Shown one piece after another: positions 37,686-52,084 of a stretch of 64,000 nt of DNA. Position numbers and translations under genes: made by a program. Under the pieces are notes generated by a model. The model was not told where the DNA came from, searched no databases, and saw only the letters and a list, made by a program, of their open reading frames with translations. The DNA comes from Octopus bimaculoides (lineage: Eukaryota). The stretch's first letter is position 1. The number at the start of each line of letters is the position of its first letter. The stretch lies in assembly GCF_001194135.2 (NCBI RefSeq), contig NC_068985.1, forward strand, positions 82,420,228 to 82,484,227. The letters are read 5' to 3'.

Positions 37686-40600
37686 GTAAGTACCTGTTCA
37701 ATTTATTTTGTTTGCATTATACATTTATTCACCTGTTCAGTTGGTTATTTTAATTTACTTTTTCAATTGATTGTTTTGTTTCAATTGTCTTTTCACTTGG
37801 GCTGTTGTTTTTTTAAAGTACTCTGGAATTTTTCTTTTACCTTTGCTAATTGTGATCTTAGGTAACATACGGCTTATAAATTAATGATTTGAATCACTCC
37901 ACTGAATTTATGAAGGCTTTCAATATAGTACTCATAACTAGAACATATCAGAAATATTTTCATATATGGGCATAGATTATTTGATAGAAAACCAGATTAA
38001 TCACTTTGTAAAAGAATTGGTGAAAATTGTAATGAATTAGAAATCTAAGAGGAATCAAGGAGCAATAAATTTGAAACTAAAATTGTTCAGGTTTGATGAT
38101 TAAAAATTGGGAATATTTGTTTGTTTTCATGTTTAATTTCTTTCATTGTAAATATTAGTTGGACTAAATGCATTTCTGTCTTTGATATGCCATTAGTAAT
38201 GATTAAATGTTAGAATTCAAGATTTAGAAATATAAATTTGCATTGATTAATTGCTACCAGTTGTTAATCCTTGTTTATGTTGATGTACATGCTTAACCAA
38301 AAAACAAAATGTATAAACAAGGTGTACATTTAAAATATTCAGATTAGTTACATTTTTTTTACTGTGAACATGTGTTTTTGAATTATCTGAAAATTCTTTG
38401 CATTTATGAATTAATATGATAGAAAATTAGGATTTAATATACAATAAATATGGTAGAAAGTATAGAATGCTTATCTCTTTAAAAGAATGTATTGGAATAT
38501 TTTAGCCATTAATGTACTGAGAAAATTATATATGCAAATTTTAACAATGAACAAAATAAAAATGTATTCTTAAAGTTTCTAAGATAATTAACATGAAATG
38601 AACTCAGTTTTTTCTTATTAATACAATTTGCAAAAAGGAATGTTATTACATGCAATTGATTTTATTTACTGTTACTTAAGGAATTTGTATTAAGTCCATG
38701 TTTGGCAATTGAATATGAATTTTAAGAATGAATATTTTAATTGGAAGGTGAAAGTTATTTATGCTATACAATAGCGATGATTAGTAGACAGTGGGATAGT
38801 CTATATTCACAGATTTTGTTAAATCTTCAAAAGAGTTATGAAAGTCTTTATTCTTTCAACGTTTTCTTTGTGAACATTTATAACAGTAACGGGATTGATA
38901 ATTTACTAAGCATCTGAATCTCAAAATTTAAGTTGAAATTTCATAGAATACATTTTAAAATGAAAGCATAATACTATTTTTGTTTAAAGTTTAATTAATG
39001 CTCTGAATAAAAATGATTAACAAACAATACACTTGACATTAAGAGATAAAATATAAAACGTAATTCTCAACCGCATAGTTTCAATATGCAAATAGTTAAA
39101 AATCATTTAGCACATAGAAAAGCCTATCTCACTACAGACCAAAAATAACTTATATTCTTTATGAAATATATATTCATGTATATAGTTTAAATTCATCAGC
39201 ACCATAGCTCTAATCATTCAAGGATTTAGTCAATTACTTATGGCAAGAAGATTCAATGCATGAGTATTTTTCTTATTCAATCATTTATTCCAATATTGTA
39301 TTTACACTTAGTTTTATCAGTAATTGAACAATGAAGAGCTAATTCAACTAAAGTGTAATTTATATTTATCAAATCATTTGTAAAGGATTCTAGAGAATCT
39401 GGCATTGTATTGTACTAACTAATTGTACTGATCTAAAATAGCATTTTGAAAAAGTGAAATTATTTGTCATAGTTTTGGTAAACCAACATGATATGCCTTC
39501 AAATTTTGTTTCATATGAATAAAAAAAAATGACACTGTAATATATTTATCAAAATTTAAAATCATTTTCTTAGCATAGTGTACATTTACAAATATTTTAG
39601 CATAGTGTATATTTATAAATATAGGTCCACATGTATTATTTTGATTGTCTTTTATCTTGAAAACAAGGAAACTTTAGAGCATTGAATATCATACTCATGC
39701 CATCATTTTAAACCTTGAGCTTTTGTTTGGAGTTTATTTCAATAAATACCTCTTAAATGAAAGTAAAATTTGATTGTAAATTAAAGATGTATAAGTCATC
39801 ATTATGCAATGTTTTAAGGAAAATATCTTTTAGAGGATATTTGTTTAAGCAAAAAATATTTGTTTCCATTTTGCACTTTGAAATAATGAAAGTGTTTATA
39901 TATATAATTATCAAGTACTATTAACTAAAGTCACTAGTTTATTTAATAGCTAAAACAAATTCTTTTTGAAAATTTTTAATGTTTGGATTATTGATTACCA
40001 CTTTGGAAATTATTAGTGAGGACAAGCATCCAGATTTGAGTTCAAATTTAACTAGATTTGATTTTTCTTCTGATTCTTCTATTAGAAATTTACTGATTAT
40101 CATTAATTTATTGGGTTATTGGGTGCAAACAGTTTCATGTGGACTAAATAGTGTCTAATTATCTACTTAACTTTTCTGAATAACATTATATCTATATTCT
40201 TTCCCCTTTCTTCTGTAATTCATAAATAAAAAAAAAACCTTCAATTCACTGGAATTCAGTTGTCAATAAGGAAACCAATATAGTGGAAATATATCATGTA
40301 AATTAATCTAGGACTTCTTGTAACTGGTTTCTGCTGTTAGTTATATATGTCCATAGGAGTTTCCTTAACACTTTCAGGTATGGACAACTTTTTTACATTC
40401 ATCAAATAGTTAAAATATTATTGAGAAAATAGATTTAGACAACTTTTTTCTCACATTAATTCCTTAACTATTACTTTGTTTTCAGTTTCATATATTTTTA
40501 TCACAAAAGAAGTTTGAATGCATCTCATAACAGATTTAAATAAATGGTTTCTCATGCATATTCACAAACAAGAAAAAGTTCAGTTATCTTTCTTGAAATA

Positions 40601-43600
40601 AAAACATAGGTTTTCTGCATGACTATATTGTGTGTTATCTGTCGTAATTGATTCAAATTATAATTCATTCATAATTAGTTGGAAAAGTTTCAAATGGTTG
40701 TGAGTCTATATTATACATTACATGAGGATTTAGTTTAGTGTGAAGTTGGCTCTTTTATGAATTAATGATATATTCAAATTTCTTAAAACATGCTTACATG
40801 TTAAAAATAAATTTCTATTAATTTTTATTTATTCATTAGCAGTGATATTATCCTAATAAAATAGAGTAGACTTTTGTATTCATATGAAAGAATTTGAAAA
40901 CCTTTATCCTTACTCAACAAAAATATTTGAATAGATGGTTTTTAAAAGTACAATTTTCTGTTGTTTCTCACCTAATGTTTTATATCTCACCCACTCTTAA
41001 TTTCAAGTCATTTTAAAATATACATTTAATAATTTCTTCTGAAAATTTCATAGTTGCTAACAAGTAACACTTATTAATGATTAACTCTGAGAAATTAATT
41101 TCAGATTTATTCAAAAATTTATGAGACTTTTTAAATATTAAAAATTTTGCTTTATGAAAATTAGCTCTTCTTTTAGCATGTATTTTCCATCTATTTTTCA
41201 AATTGCCCTGTCTGTTACAGCATTTTACTATATACTATTCAAGTGTGTGTGTGTGTGTGTGTGCCCAACCATGTGAACTTGCATGTATTTGTGTTTTCTG
41301 TTTTCTAAACACATCACATTTGTACCTCTATGCTGGTAATAGTCAAATTCACACAAAAGCATAGAACTGCTTTTATAGAATACATTTCTAAATGTTATGA
41401 AATAGAATTTACACTTTTTTTTTTTTACCTCAGCGTAGTGAGAGAATTTTCATTGTGTATTTTTCCTAAGTCTATACTTTAGGAATATTATGTAAAACTA
41501 TGTGACATATGCCCTAAACTCTCTATGTGCAGAAAAGCTAAAACACAACCTTCATGAATTCAAAGAGTAACAGCTTATAGATGAAATAATTATTTATATA
41601 GATTATTGGTGTGAGTAAAAATATAGATTATGTCTAGAGTGTAGATAACCTTGCTTTCTGCAGTGGCATTGTCATTAAATACTCTCATTTTATTTATATT
41701 CTAAGATGATGATTATAGTTTGTATCTTGGAAATTGTGAAAAACCAAATAATGGACAAACACTTTTTACATTTTACACCAACGTTGATTTGCCTTTGCAT
41801 TATATCAGATATGTGAAAAAAATTCAGATCTCTAAGAATAATATCAATCTCTTGAAATAAATGAAATAAACAAATAAGCTTATTATTGTTGTTTCCTCAC
41901 ATAAAAATTAGTTATGCAACATATTTCTTTCCTTTCCTCTTCAGCCCCCATGCACATAAAAAAAACCTTCAACATTATGTTTGGTTACTTTATGAAAGGT
42001 TTAGAAATTAAAAAAGGAAAAATCAAACTTTTTAATGCAGCTATACATTTATTGTCCTTATTTGAAGGATGGTCTATAACCTTTGTGTAATATTGCTTTA
42101 GTAAATAATCACTCTTAAACATATCTATTTTCTTAATTGGAAAACTCATATTAACTGAAATTCTCTACTATTTATTCTGTCACACTGTATTTCTATATTT
42201 TTTATCTGCTCTTATTATTTCTCCATGTCTCTGAACTCTGTGTACAAACATGCATACTCATATCTCCACACACACACATGCACAGATACGCCTTCAAGTA
42301 TAGTAAATGGATATTTTAGTTCATATATTTTTCACATATCTGATATAATGCAAAGGCAAATCAACGTTGGTGTAAAATGTAAAAAGTGTTTGTCCATTAT
42401 TTGGTTTTTCACAATTTCCAAGATACAAACTATAATCATCATCTTAGTATCAGATGAATCATGGGAAGCTTATATATGCATCTGAATCTTCAGTTACCTT
42501 ACATAAAGATATATTACCAGATACTATGCACTCCTACTGTAAAAAATGTTGTAACTAATACATTAGCAAACACACTATGTAGTTGTTTAATGATAATGCT
42601 GTTAAACTAATCTAATCCATTGCTTTTTATTCAGTCTGGTGAAGTTATAGGTTAATTCAGTTATTGGGAAATTGTAATAAAAAAAGTGTAAAATGGTTTT
42701 ACTTTCTTACTTGATTTCCTCCATTCTTGGAGAAAATGTGACTACAAAGCTGCAATAAGAAATGAAGGAAATAAAGTTTAAATTTCTAAACAACTTAGCC
42801 AGAAGTTTGTTAATATGATAAAAAAATTGTTTTATACTGTAAACGTTCAATAAATTGATATATATTTATCAAGTAAAGGTTCTTTTTATTTGATTCTCCT
42901 TCATTTTTCTGTAAACTGATCTTGACATTTTGAGCTATTTATTGCAGTCAGATTGCTGCCTTAAGAACAAAAAAAAATTTTTAATGCTTACTAAAATATG
43001 TAATTTTATGAACTTAGCTGTTTTTCTGTTTGCTTGTAGAGAAACTTGTAATTATTTATTATGGTTATTTTATATTGTTTTAATTTATTTGCAAGCATCA
43101 CTATATCATCATAACCTCTTAAGGGTCATTAGCTTTTGCATTTATTTCTCGATTAAAGAATTTATTCATCTTCACACTGCACTGAACTCTGTAAAGATGT
43201 TCAGTATGAAAATGAAAAAATGCAAGAACATTCAATATAAAATATTTGTGTAAGTATTAAACATTTTCAGTTTTTAGATATGCTTGACAACAAGGTTTTC
43301 AAATTTTATATGCTATGAAGCACAAAAATAATTGCAGGATATGAATAAATAAATATAATTTGATGTTTGTATTATAGTTTCTTGGTCATAATATACTCCA
43401 ATAATATGATAGATAATATCATGTGTTGAATTTTCCTATTGGATTATAATATTTGATGTTTCCCTCCTTCTGAGGAGGGAATAAGACAGTTAAAATATTA
43501 TAATTCAATCCTCCACCCTTAGATAGTTATCTGAGGGCAGTGGATTGACAGAATCAGAGCAGCAGACAAAATACCATATGGATTCACTTATGCCTTCATA

Positions 43601-45049
43601 TTTTCGGAGTTCAAATCTCATCAAAGTTGATCCGTCATTTTTCCTGAGTTGATTTAGTTAATTGCTGGGTCGATTTTATTGAGTATACTTTCTCATAAAA
43701 TTTGAAGTTTTATACAGCTCTATATTTCTAGATTCTCATGGTTTCAATCTAGAGCTGTCATTCATAATAGATTGAAAGTCAGAACCTCAATTGAATTAAA
43801 CAATAAATGAATGTTTGCCAGATCAAAACCTAGCTTTGAGTGTGAATGATTATTCATCAGGCACATTTGCTGAAGCACATTTTGTTATATATGTAATAAC
43901 CTCTTATAATATTCCTATTCCTTAACATACAAGTTGAAGAGTCTGCAAACTAACAGGAAAAACATCTTGGAAACACATTGATGAAAATTATTCAAATACC
44001 TAAAAAATGTTCAATATGGAACTATTATAGGTGACACGAAACATTTTAATGTTTTATTGTTGCATCTGACAAGATGTAAAGCAAATTTTAATAACATTCC
44101 GAATTGTTATTAGAAATTGGAATTAGCAAAAGTGAATAAATTACTTAGCATATTTCTAATGATGGCAGAGTGCTAGCATAGTAAAGAATGAGTAAAAGTT
44201 TAAGGATTACTACTTTTTATTAACAAATAATTTTCTGTTATTTATAGAAAACTTAATTGTATATGTGGCAAATAAATGTTCATGAGTACTGGTAAATTGT
44301 AACAATTGAACTTTGAAGATTTGGATTCTTAATATAAATATGTTATTCAAATTAAATGACAGAAATTTGAGAAACTGAATATGCAATATTTTGATAGCAA
44401 TGATTAATAAATTCACATGAAAACAAAATGAATGATTCTAAAGCATAAAGTATTAAATTACCAAGAATAACTTTGGACAAGAAAGGTAAATGGATACTAT
44501 GGAAAGTTAAGTAAAATGACGATGTGGAAAAAATGAATAACTATATAATATGTAAAAAATAAGAAGAAAAATTACTTTTGTGTTAACTTATGTATGCTAG
44601 CATGGAAAAGGTCAAATTAAGATTATAAAAATATTAAATTGCAATATAACAAAACATTTGAAACTGTGTTAATTGAAGTCTGCTATACATCCTTGTAGAT
44701 ATAGTGATGAATAGAAAGATTATCCTAACAACACAGTAGCAACACATTTATGATTTTATTAGCCATGTAAAAGCAATTTGTTCAGGTTGTATTATCCTGA
44801 ATTTTATATCACTAAAATGTCTTGCCAAGCTTTATTCAATTTTCTCCTTTTTATGGAAATATGCCAATGTTTCTAAATGGCAAAAATGAGAGCTACTTTT
44901 ATCACACTTCACTATAACATCTTCAAGATTATTGAAATATTAAGTAATTTTTATTCCACTGAGTAATCAAGACACTCATCTGCAGTTACTGATGTTACTT
45001 CTTTTGTTCTAACAATAACTTAATATGTATATGTAGCATCATAGTAAAA

Positions 45050-45150
45050 TCAAAGCCCTTGCATTTCACATAAGCTTTTGATACATTCTGGCAACAATAT
45101 TTTCTCAACAAGCTGCCTTCGTTTGATCTGCTTGGCTGTTATCCAACCCA
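45050..45150 (+). mobile_element. CR1-like RT fragment
   Basis: ALAFHIS(K)AFDTFWQ..FLNKLPSF resembles ALDISKAFDRVWH..LxxKLPSY. Confidence 0.5.
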
Positions 45151-47087
45151 GTGTTTCTATTGTGTTCTTAGCTATTGAAAGAATTATCTCAAAACTTCAT
45201 CTCTCAACATTGATACTAATACATTTTCTGATGTTCATCTTGCCTATTAAAAGAGAAAAAAAATCATGTATTGAATATCTCTTGCTGATATTGACACATT
45301 GATAATTTCTACTCTGGTCATCCGATTGTCTATAAATTTATTTCAAGAATCTGATTTTGTTGAATAGAATTCAATTTATATATTTTTTATTCAACAGCAA
45401 GAATATTTCTCGAAATTCTATTGGTTGGTCAAAGATAACAATTAAAAACAAATCTTTAATGTAAAACACTCAGAAGAGCTGCCCATTTTAAAATCCTTAA
45501 ACTTTTGATATACTTGCTTTCAATGCAGTGGAATTTTAATGTTGGTTATGTTTTGTAAGAAAATTGGTTGTACTGTATAATTTTATAGAATGAGATAATT
45601 TTTTTTCTCTATCTGGCAGTTTTCTTTTATCAATGAATAATCTTTTTCTGACAATTTATTTACCCTTCATTAATCACTCTCAGAAAATTTACATTTGTTA
45701 TCTTTTTGTAAATTTGTTTCTTAGGCAGAATAATTTAAATGGTTCTGTACATTTGGATATTTCTTAACTAGAAAAAGAAAATGAAGAGCAAAAACAGAAT
45801 CTTGCTTCAAAATATAATTTATAGTTTGACTATGTATGAAATTTTCAAAGAATTTTGAAATCTTTGTCCCTGACGCGAATACAATATAAATTCCACAATA
45901 TTATTTTTTTAAATTCAAAAATTATTTATAAACACTTTAAAAAGGAGAATTTGTTTTAATTTATTTAAAATAATTTTACATGTGAATGGATATTTTATTA
46001 CTAACATAATCTTGTGTGGTAATTTCTAAAATTTCATGTATTTAACTGGAAATATTTTTATAAAACTATTTTAAGATGAATCATGCATTTGCTTTCCCAT
46101 TTTGTTATGTAAGAAGTAAAATATCTTTGAGTGACAGCTTAAACTTTGCTTGAACCACTGTGTTCTGTTCAAGGATGTCTTGATTTTACTGGTTAAATGA
46201 AAAAAAACTTTACTACTCAGTAATGTTTAAGTGATTTGCAATAAGAATACCATCTGACCAAGTGATGCACAATAAATAATTTTGCAAGTAGGTATTTGCA
46301 ATATCTACTTTTCAAGTACATATTGCTTTGCCAAAGACTTTTAGGGATTAGGTTAAAAATTATATTTATCATACAGAAAAAAAAAAATCTTCATAGTTGT
46401 TTAATTGAGGAGAGCTCTGTACTTCCATTCTAATGACAATTTTTAAAAAGCAGACAATATACAGACAAGTGTTCACAATATATATGAATAAAGATCTAGA
46501 AAAGTTTTTACAATAGTTACTGAACACTTGAACCTTAATCTTTAACACCTAACATTGAAATTACTCCTTTCTAGGAAACTACTTTAACCCTGAACAGTTG
46601 CTAATTTTGTGCAAGACTCCATACTTAACCTACTCTCAGCCAGTCTTTTACTAATCTATGAAAATTTAAAGTAGAAAGAACCATTGTGTGCTGGGAGATA
46701 AAACTGATTGGGTTTGTTATTGCTGTTTTTTTCTGGTTTCTATGTTGTTTACTCTGATTATTTTATAAGTAAATTTTTGAAAATAAATGACTAAACCAGT
46801 GTTAAAATTTAAATCATATTTGTAACTCTGTCTTTCCTATTGTTTACATGAATTTTATTTGAATGCAATACGTCAAATATAACTGATACCATGCAATATT
46901 TCAAATACTGATTTCATGAACTACTCACACTGCTGCAGCAGTGCATGAGCAGCATATTTTGTAAATTATTCCTTATGCGAGATGAATTAGATTTTTACTT
47001 GTTGTTGTGTTGATGCCCCCAGATGATGAAGTAGACTAGCCCAATACGTAGATATAGAGGGAGAAGTCTAGACGTTGTAGTAGTTGA

Positions 47088-47163
47088 GTAGAGATCATCC
47101 GAATGTGCGCTATTAAGTAGAAGTCATCCGAATGTGTGCTGTTGGGTAGAGGTCTTCTGAATC
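47088..47163 (+). repeat. About 2.6 copies of a 29-bp tandem repeat inside an unclassified GC-richer segment (47001-47163)
   Basis: gtagagatcatccgaatgtgcgctattaa / gtagaagtcatccgaatgtgtgctgttgg / gtagaggtcttctgaatc. Confidence 0.75.
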
Positions 47164-48619
47164 TTTAAATTTTTATCAAAGAAACATATTCTGGAGTGTT
47201 CAAAATTTTATAGCATGATATTTATGCTTATAGGTACTGGACGATGAGAACTGATACATTCAGAATTCAAAACAGGTTAATTTTCATGGAAATGTATTAA
47301 AAGTAGGTCAAGTTTACACTAAAAGGAATAGGCTATTGAAATTATCTTTACTAAATCAAGACAAATAGTTTGTGTTATTCCACTTGTCTTAACACTCTAT
47401 GTGAAGCAAGTTAAATTTTCCACATAATTCGAAGAAATTTAAGCTAAATCATCCTCATAGGTTTTGATAATTTAATTAAATTAAGAAACCAGAATGTAAA
47501 TTTAAACAATGATGAAATATATTGTGTAAATTTCATTCAGATAAGCAACTCCCAAACTACCTATCTACATTTAATTTATCAATTGCATTCAGTAATTAAA
47601 ATGGCACATTGTTTTTTTTCCCCCCTTAATTTGACTTTCTGAATTAAAACTTGATATTAATGTAAATAGAGAATAGGATTTGATAGATATAAAATTAAAT
47701 CCTGTTTCACTGATACATGTAAGTTACGAGATGAAAGCACTTATTTGGATGCTATCTGACATTTAATAGCTGAATAAAAGAATTGGGAGTTTCATAGTTT
47801 ATAATTCTTGTATTGACAGTGCAAGTGATTGAAATTTACAGAAGATATCTGAAATTGGATAAATTGTGTACATAAATTTACAAGTTAGAGCATGTATATT
47901 CTCATACACACATATATTGTCAACATTCCTTGTGATTGTAATCAGTGTTTCTTTTGCTTTAGTATTCCACTTTGATACCAATATTCATTCACATACATTA
48001 GTGATATATTGTTTTACAATGGTCTTGGCTATACTGATATCAATCTTCATTCATGTACAATACTTGTATATTGGATTACAAATTCTCTTGACTATTGATA
48101 TTTATATCAAACTTTTGAAAAAAAAATATTTTCAAAGCATTTATATTTTCATGTTTTCACTTATAGAATATTTAATCTAATTTTGCATGTTAGAACACTT
48201 GCATATTTAACTCCAAGTGTGTCTATATATCCTGCACTGTGACACTTAAAATATGTTTGTGCATATGTACTTACACACACTTTCTTTCTATATTGCTTTC
48301 TTCCTTATTCTGTCTATCTTTCTCTATTTTATTAATTATTAAAATTAAAAATTAAACACATATCAGTGGTAAATAAGTAGTTCTCCTTTCATTGATGGTG
48401 TAGTTCCAGAAGGTAAAGCAAACCTCAGAAGCATTGAATTTCAAAATATAAAAGGGCCTCAATAGTTATTGCATAATCTTAATGCAATTCTATACCAATT
48501 CTTTCAAACTCTGGCATTTGATATATCGTAAAATTGTTACAATGATCAATGCATGGAGATACAGAAAACAAAGTTGATCCTGGCAAAATTTCTGCTCTGA
48601 ATAATGGAGGAAAGTGAAT

Positions 48620-49595
48620 CTATCCTTTCATCTACTCCACCTGGAAGGGTCATGAAGGTAGTCTTCAGTCACCTTCTCAATAGAGGTCTATGAAAAGCAA
48701 CCATCAATACACTTTCTGAGACTATGAAAGTTTTCCAACCATCTTGTTCTTGATCTACCTGTCTGTCTCCTGCAGTTTGCTTGGTTTCAAGAATCTGTCT
48801 TGTGATTCTTTCCTGTGACATTATAATCATGTCTATTGTACACAATCTGTGACCTCTCATTGTTGAGAAGTGCTTTGACCTGGACAGGTACCCTGATATC
48901 AAAAGCTATACCCCTGCTGAGCAATGTTTCTTCAGAGATCCTCGAGAGGAACCCCATTTTGGCTGTGTGTATTTGCAATTAGTTGTCGTTGGCACTCCGT
49001 CACTTACGATGTCGAGGGTTCCAGTTGATCCGATCAACGGAACAGCCTGCTCATGAAATTAACGTGCAAGTGGCTGAGCACTCCACAGACACGTGTACCC
49101 TTAACGTAATTCTTGGAGATATTGAGCATGACACAGTGTGGCAAGGCTGGCCCTTTGAAATACAGGCACAACAGAAACAGTAAGTAAGAGTGAGAGAAAG
49201 TTGTGGCGAAAGAGTACAGCAGGGTTCGCCACCATCCCCTGCCAGAGCCTCGTGGAGCTTTAGGTGTGTTCGCTCAATAAACACTCACAACGCCCAGTCT
49301 GGGAATCGAAACTGCGATCCTATGACCGCGAGTCCACTGCCCTAACCACTGGGCCATTGCGCCTCTACATTTACAATTAGACTCAGCCATTATTCAACAT
49401 TCATGATCATAGATGAGGATAGGCATGAAAACCAATTTAAAGTTAGTGAGTTTGACTCTTTTGTCAACCTCTCTTCTGCTGAGGATCAAATGCTGCAGCT
49501 GGCATATTACTGTACCAGTACCTGCAATTCTAACCTCTTTTTCAGCCTCCTGCTTCCCATCACTTATTAATAGTCTTGAGATACTCAAAAGTAAA
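48620..49595 (-). mobile_element. RTE-clade LINE 3' fragment, interrupted by a SINE at 48983-49368
   Basis: LISDGKQEAEKEVRIAGTGTVICQLQHLILSRREVDKRVKLTNFKLVFMPILIYDHEC*IMAE | QIHTAKMGFLSRISEETLL...IRVPVQVKALL..ERSQ...IIMSQERITRQILETKQT. The two halves are continuous once the SINE is removed. Confidence 0.88.
48983..49368 (-). mobile_element. Young full-length tRNA-derived SINE with a 12-bp target-site duplication
   Basis: The minus-strand head gtagaggcgcaaTGGCCCAGTGGttagg...GTTTCGATTCCc carries A and B boxes. CpGs are retained and the tail ends ...gccaacgacaa. TSD atttgcaattag (48971-48982) / atttacaattag (49369-49380). Confidence 0.93.
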
Positions 49596-49984
49596 TGGAT
49601 TTCACAATTTGATCCAACAATCTACTATTTCTTTTTGCTCACTTCACTGCACTGCTTGTCTAGATAATTATTATGCTCTCATTGCATACACATCTTCATT
49701 TTCATAAATATTCTTTATTTTACAATTAGTTTTTAAAGAATATTATAATTTTATATATTTGTAATTTTCTTAAATAACCTTCCTTTACATCATCTAACAA
49801 ACAAATAGTTAATTATTAATGAAGGAACGAGGAACATTCATTGTAATTAGACTTATTTTAATGATATAACTTTATTGTAAGTAGAGAAGACAAAGATAGC
49901 TGGTAAGAAAATTTGTAAATATAGTTCTTAAAGGAACCAAGAAAATTGATATTTATTTTCTCTCTGGAGCCATTATTTATTTAT

Positions 49985-50405
49985 TTTATCCTTTACCTTT
50001 TACTTGTTTCAGTCATGCTGCGGAATCATCTTGAAGAGCCTAGTTGGACAAATTGACCCTAGTACTTATGTTGTTGTTTTTTAAGCCTGGTACTTATTTT
50101 GCCAGCATCTTTTACGAATTTGCGAAGTTACTGGGATGTAATCAAACCATCACCAGTTAGTAAGCAGTGGGTAGGGGACAAACACAGACATACTTACACA
50201 TGCACATGTGTTTGTGTGTGTGTATATACACACATACAGACAAACATGAAAGGCTTCAACACAGTTTCCATACCCAACTTCTCTTACAAGGCTTGGTTAA
50301 CCCAGAGCTATAGTAGAAAGCATGTGGCTGAGGTGCCATGCATTGAGACTGAACTCAAAACCACATGGTTGCAAGGCAATCTTCTGAACCACATCGACTT
50401 GTCTG
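49985..50405 (-). mobile_element. tRNA-derived SINE with central (CA/TG) microsatellite
   Basis: Tail ttttacttgtttcagtcat...ggggacaaacacagac, then a microsatellite, then the head ...ctatagtagaa...gtgcca...gactgaactcaaaaccacatggtt. Confidence 0.8.
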
Positions 50406-51778
50406 CATCTGTCAAAAATATCCAAAACACAATACACTGCTAGAGATTAAGCAATAGGCATTGGGGAAAAAAAAAAGATTTACAAGACTGATAGCAACAG
50501 AGATGTTATAAGCATTACTAAATATTAGTCATTCGTAAAAAAAATTCAGTGCAGAGCCTGAGATATAATTTTGTATGTCTCTTAATGTTGTTTTGAAAAA
50601 GCCTTGAAGGTTTCGGTGAGGTTTGCTATTTTATAATACAGCTCCACTTTGTAATTGCTGTACAAAGTAAATACAAAATTCTACTTTATCATTAGAGTTG
50701 TAAATATTAACTGAAGATATATAAATTTTCGTTCTGCAACAAAACCAGACTGTCAAATACAAATTACTCAGAGAATCAATAAGCAGTTCATTCTTAAATG
50801 CTTTTGGTTCTCATTTGATTACACAAAATCATTGAAATTGTTTGCTTTAATTGGTTAACACTTTGATTCAAAGAATAATTACTCTTATCACCTAGCTTAA
50901 ATCCTTCAGGTTACATTTCCACCCTTTGTACTAATTGGCTTGATTGTTTCTATAAAAATTTAATGACAGCCTTTCTTGTTTTTTTAATTGAATAAAATGA
51001 TTTTAGTTTTCAATCATTATGTATTAAGGTAGTAAAGAAGATTTGTTTCTTAAAGTATGAAGTTAAAGAAAAAACGGTGATTTTAAAAGAAAGGTATATT
51101 TTTAATAGACGTATCCTGGTTTAAATTTCCTAAGAATATGATTCTTGCATTAGATCTTCAAGAGAGTTTTTCTCTATGACAAAATTACTTAGAGATGATT
51201 ACTTGTAGATGAGAGTGAATTCTCTGGGACACAGTTTGCTTGGTAACAGTGATTTATGAAAAATGAAAATAAAAAAAGCATGTCTTGTTGAAAATGATTT
51301 TTTGATCTTAGCTAGTATCTTGTGAGTTAATATACTGTAATGTAACTTTCTTTCTGTTACTGTAAGAGCTGAACTAACCATTAACTGAAATATCCATTAA
51401 CTCAGGATGTTATAACTACATCATAAGTATTAGTTGTTGATTGATTCATCATTGAGAACAAATTCCTATAAAAATTTAGGCTCTATTATTTCAGATGAAC
51501 TGGTGGAATTAGTAATTGAAGTTACTATCAAAGTATCAAAGTTAGGCAACAAGAAACTAATTATTGTAGTTAAATAATAAAAGAATAATAACTGAATGGC
51601 CATTTATTAAATTGTATATGTAGTTTTTTTTCCAGTATTAAGAAAACAATTTTTGAGCATTTATATACATTGCTTATTTCTGAATCTTGCATTGTTATAA
51701 ATGTTTAAGACTCCTTTAACAAGCATTTTACTGGAAAAAGAACTACACCACATGACACTATAAAGGAGTGTTTATATA

Positions 51779-52084
51779 CACCTTCTCCTTGACTTATAAC
51801 CAAGTTCCCTTCCAACCGACAGGTTGTAAGTCGATTTGGTTGTACATCAGATTTATATTTTTAAGCACTATTTTCATTCAAACAGTTTTGATGCTTGAAA
51901 GTGACTGAGTGAGAAACAGTAGTAGGCAGTGAATTCCTGGGTCTGAGGGAGGCCTGCATTGCCAGATGTTGCCAAAGTTATCATGTGTACAGCTGCCCAA
52001 CATCTGAAAATCAATTCTTTATTTATTTTATTTCCTATTTTTTGTGGTCATAAGTGTGGATGGTTATAAGTCAAGGAGAAGGTT
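51779..52084. mobile_element. 306-bp MITE with TA target-site duplication (Tc1/mariner-type)
   Basis: Perfect 23-bp inverted repeat accttctccttgacttataacca (51780-51802) / tggttataagtcaaggagaaggt (52061-52083). TA flanks the element at 51777-78 and 52085-86. No coding capacity. Confidence 0.85.

Noticed and set aside
47088-47163. 29-bp repeats as a CRISPR array
   Set aside because: The units are directly adjacent with no spacers, and the context is eukaryotic with no cas genes.
47866-48180. Hydrophobic 104-aa ORF that looks like a membrane protein
   Set aside because: Hydrophobicity follows from T-rich composition; no recognisable family or splice context.
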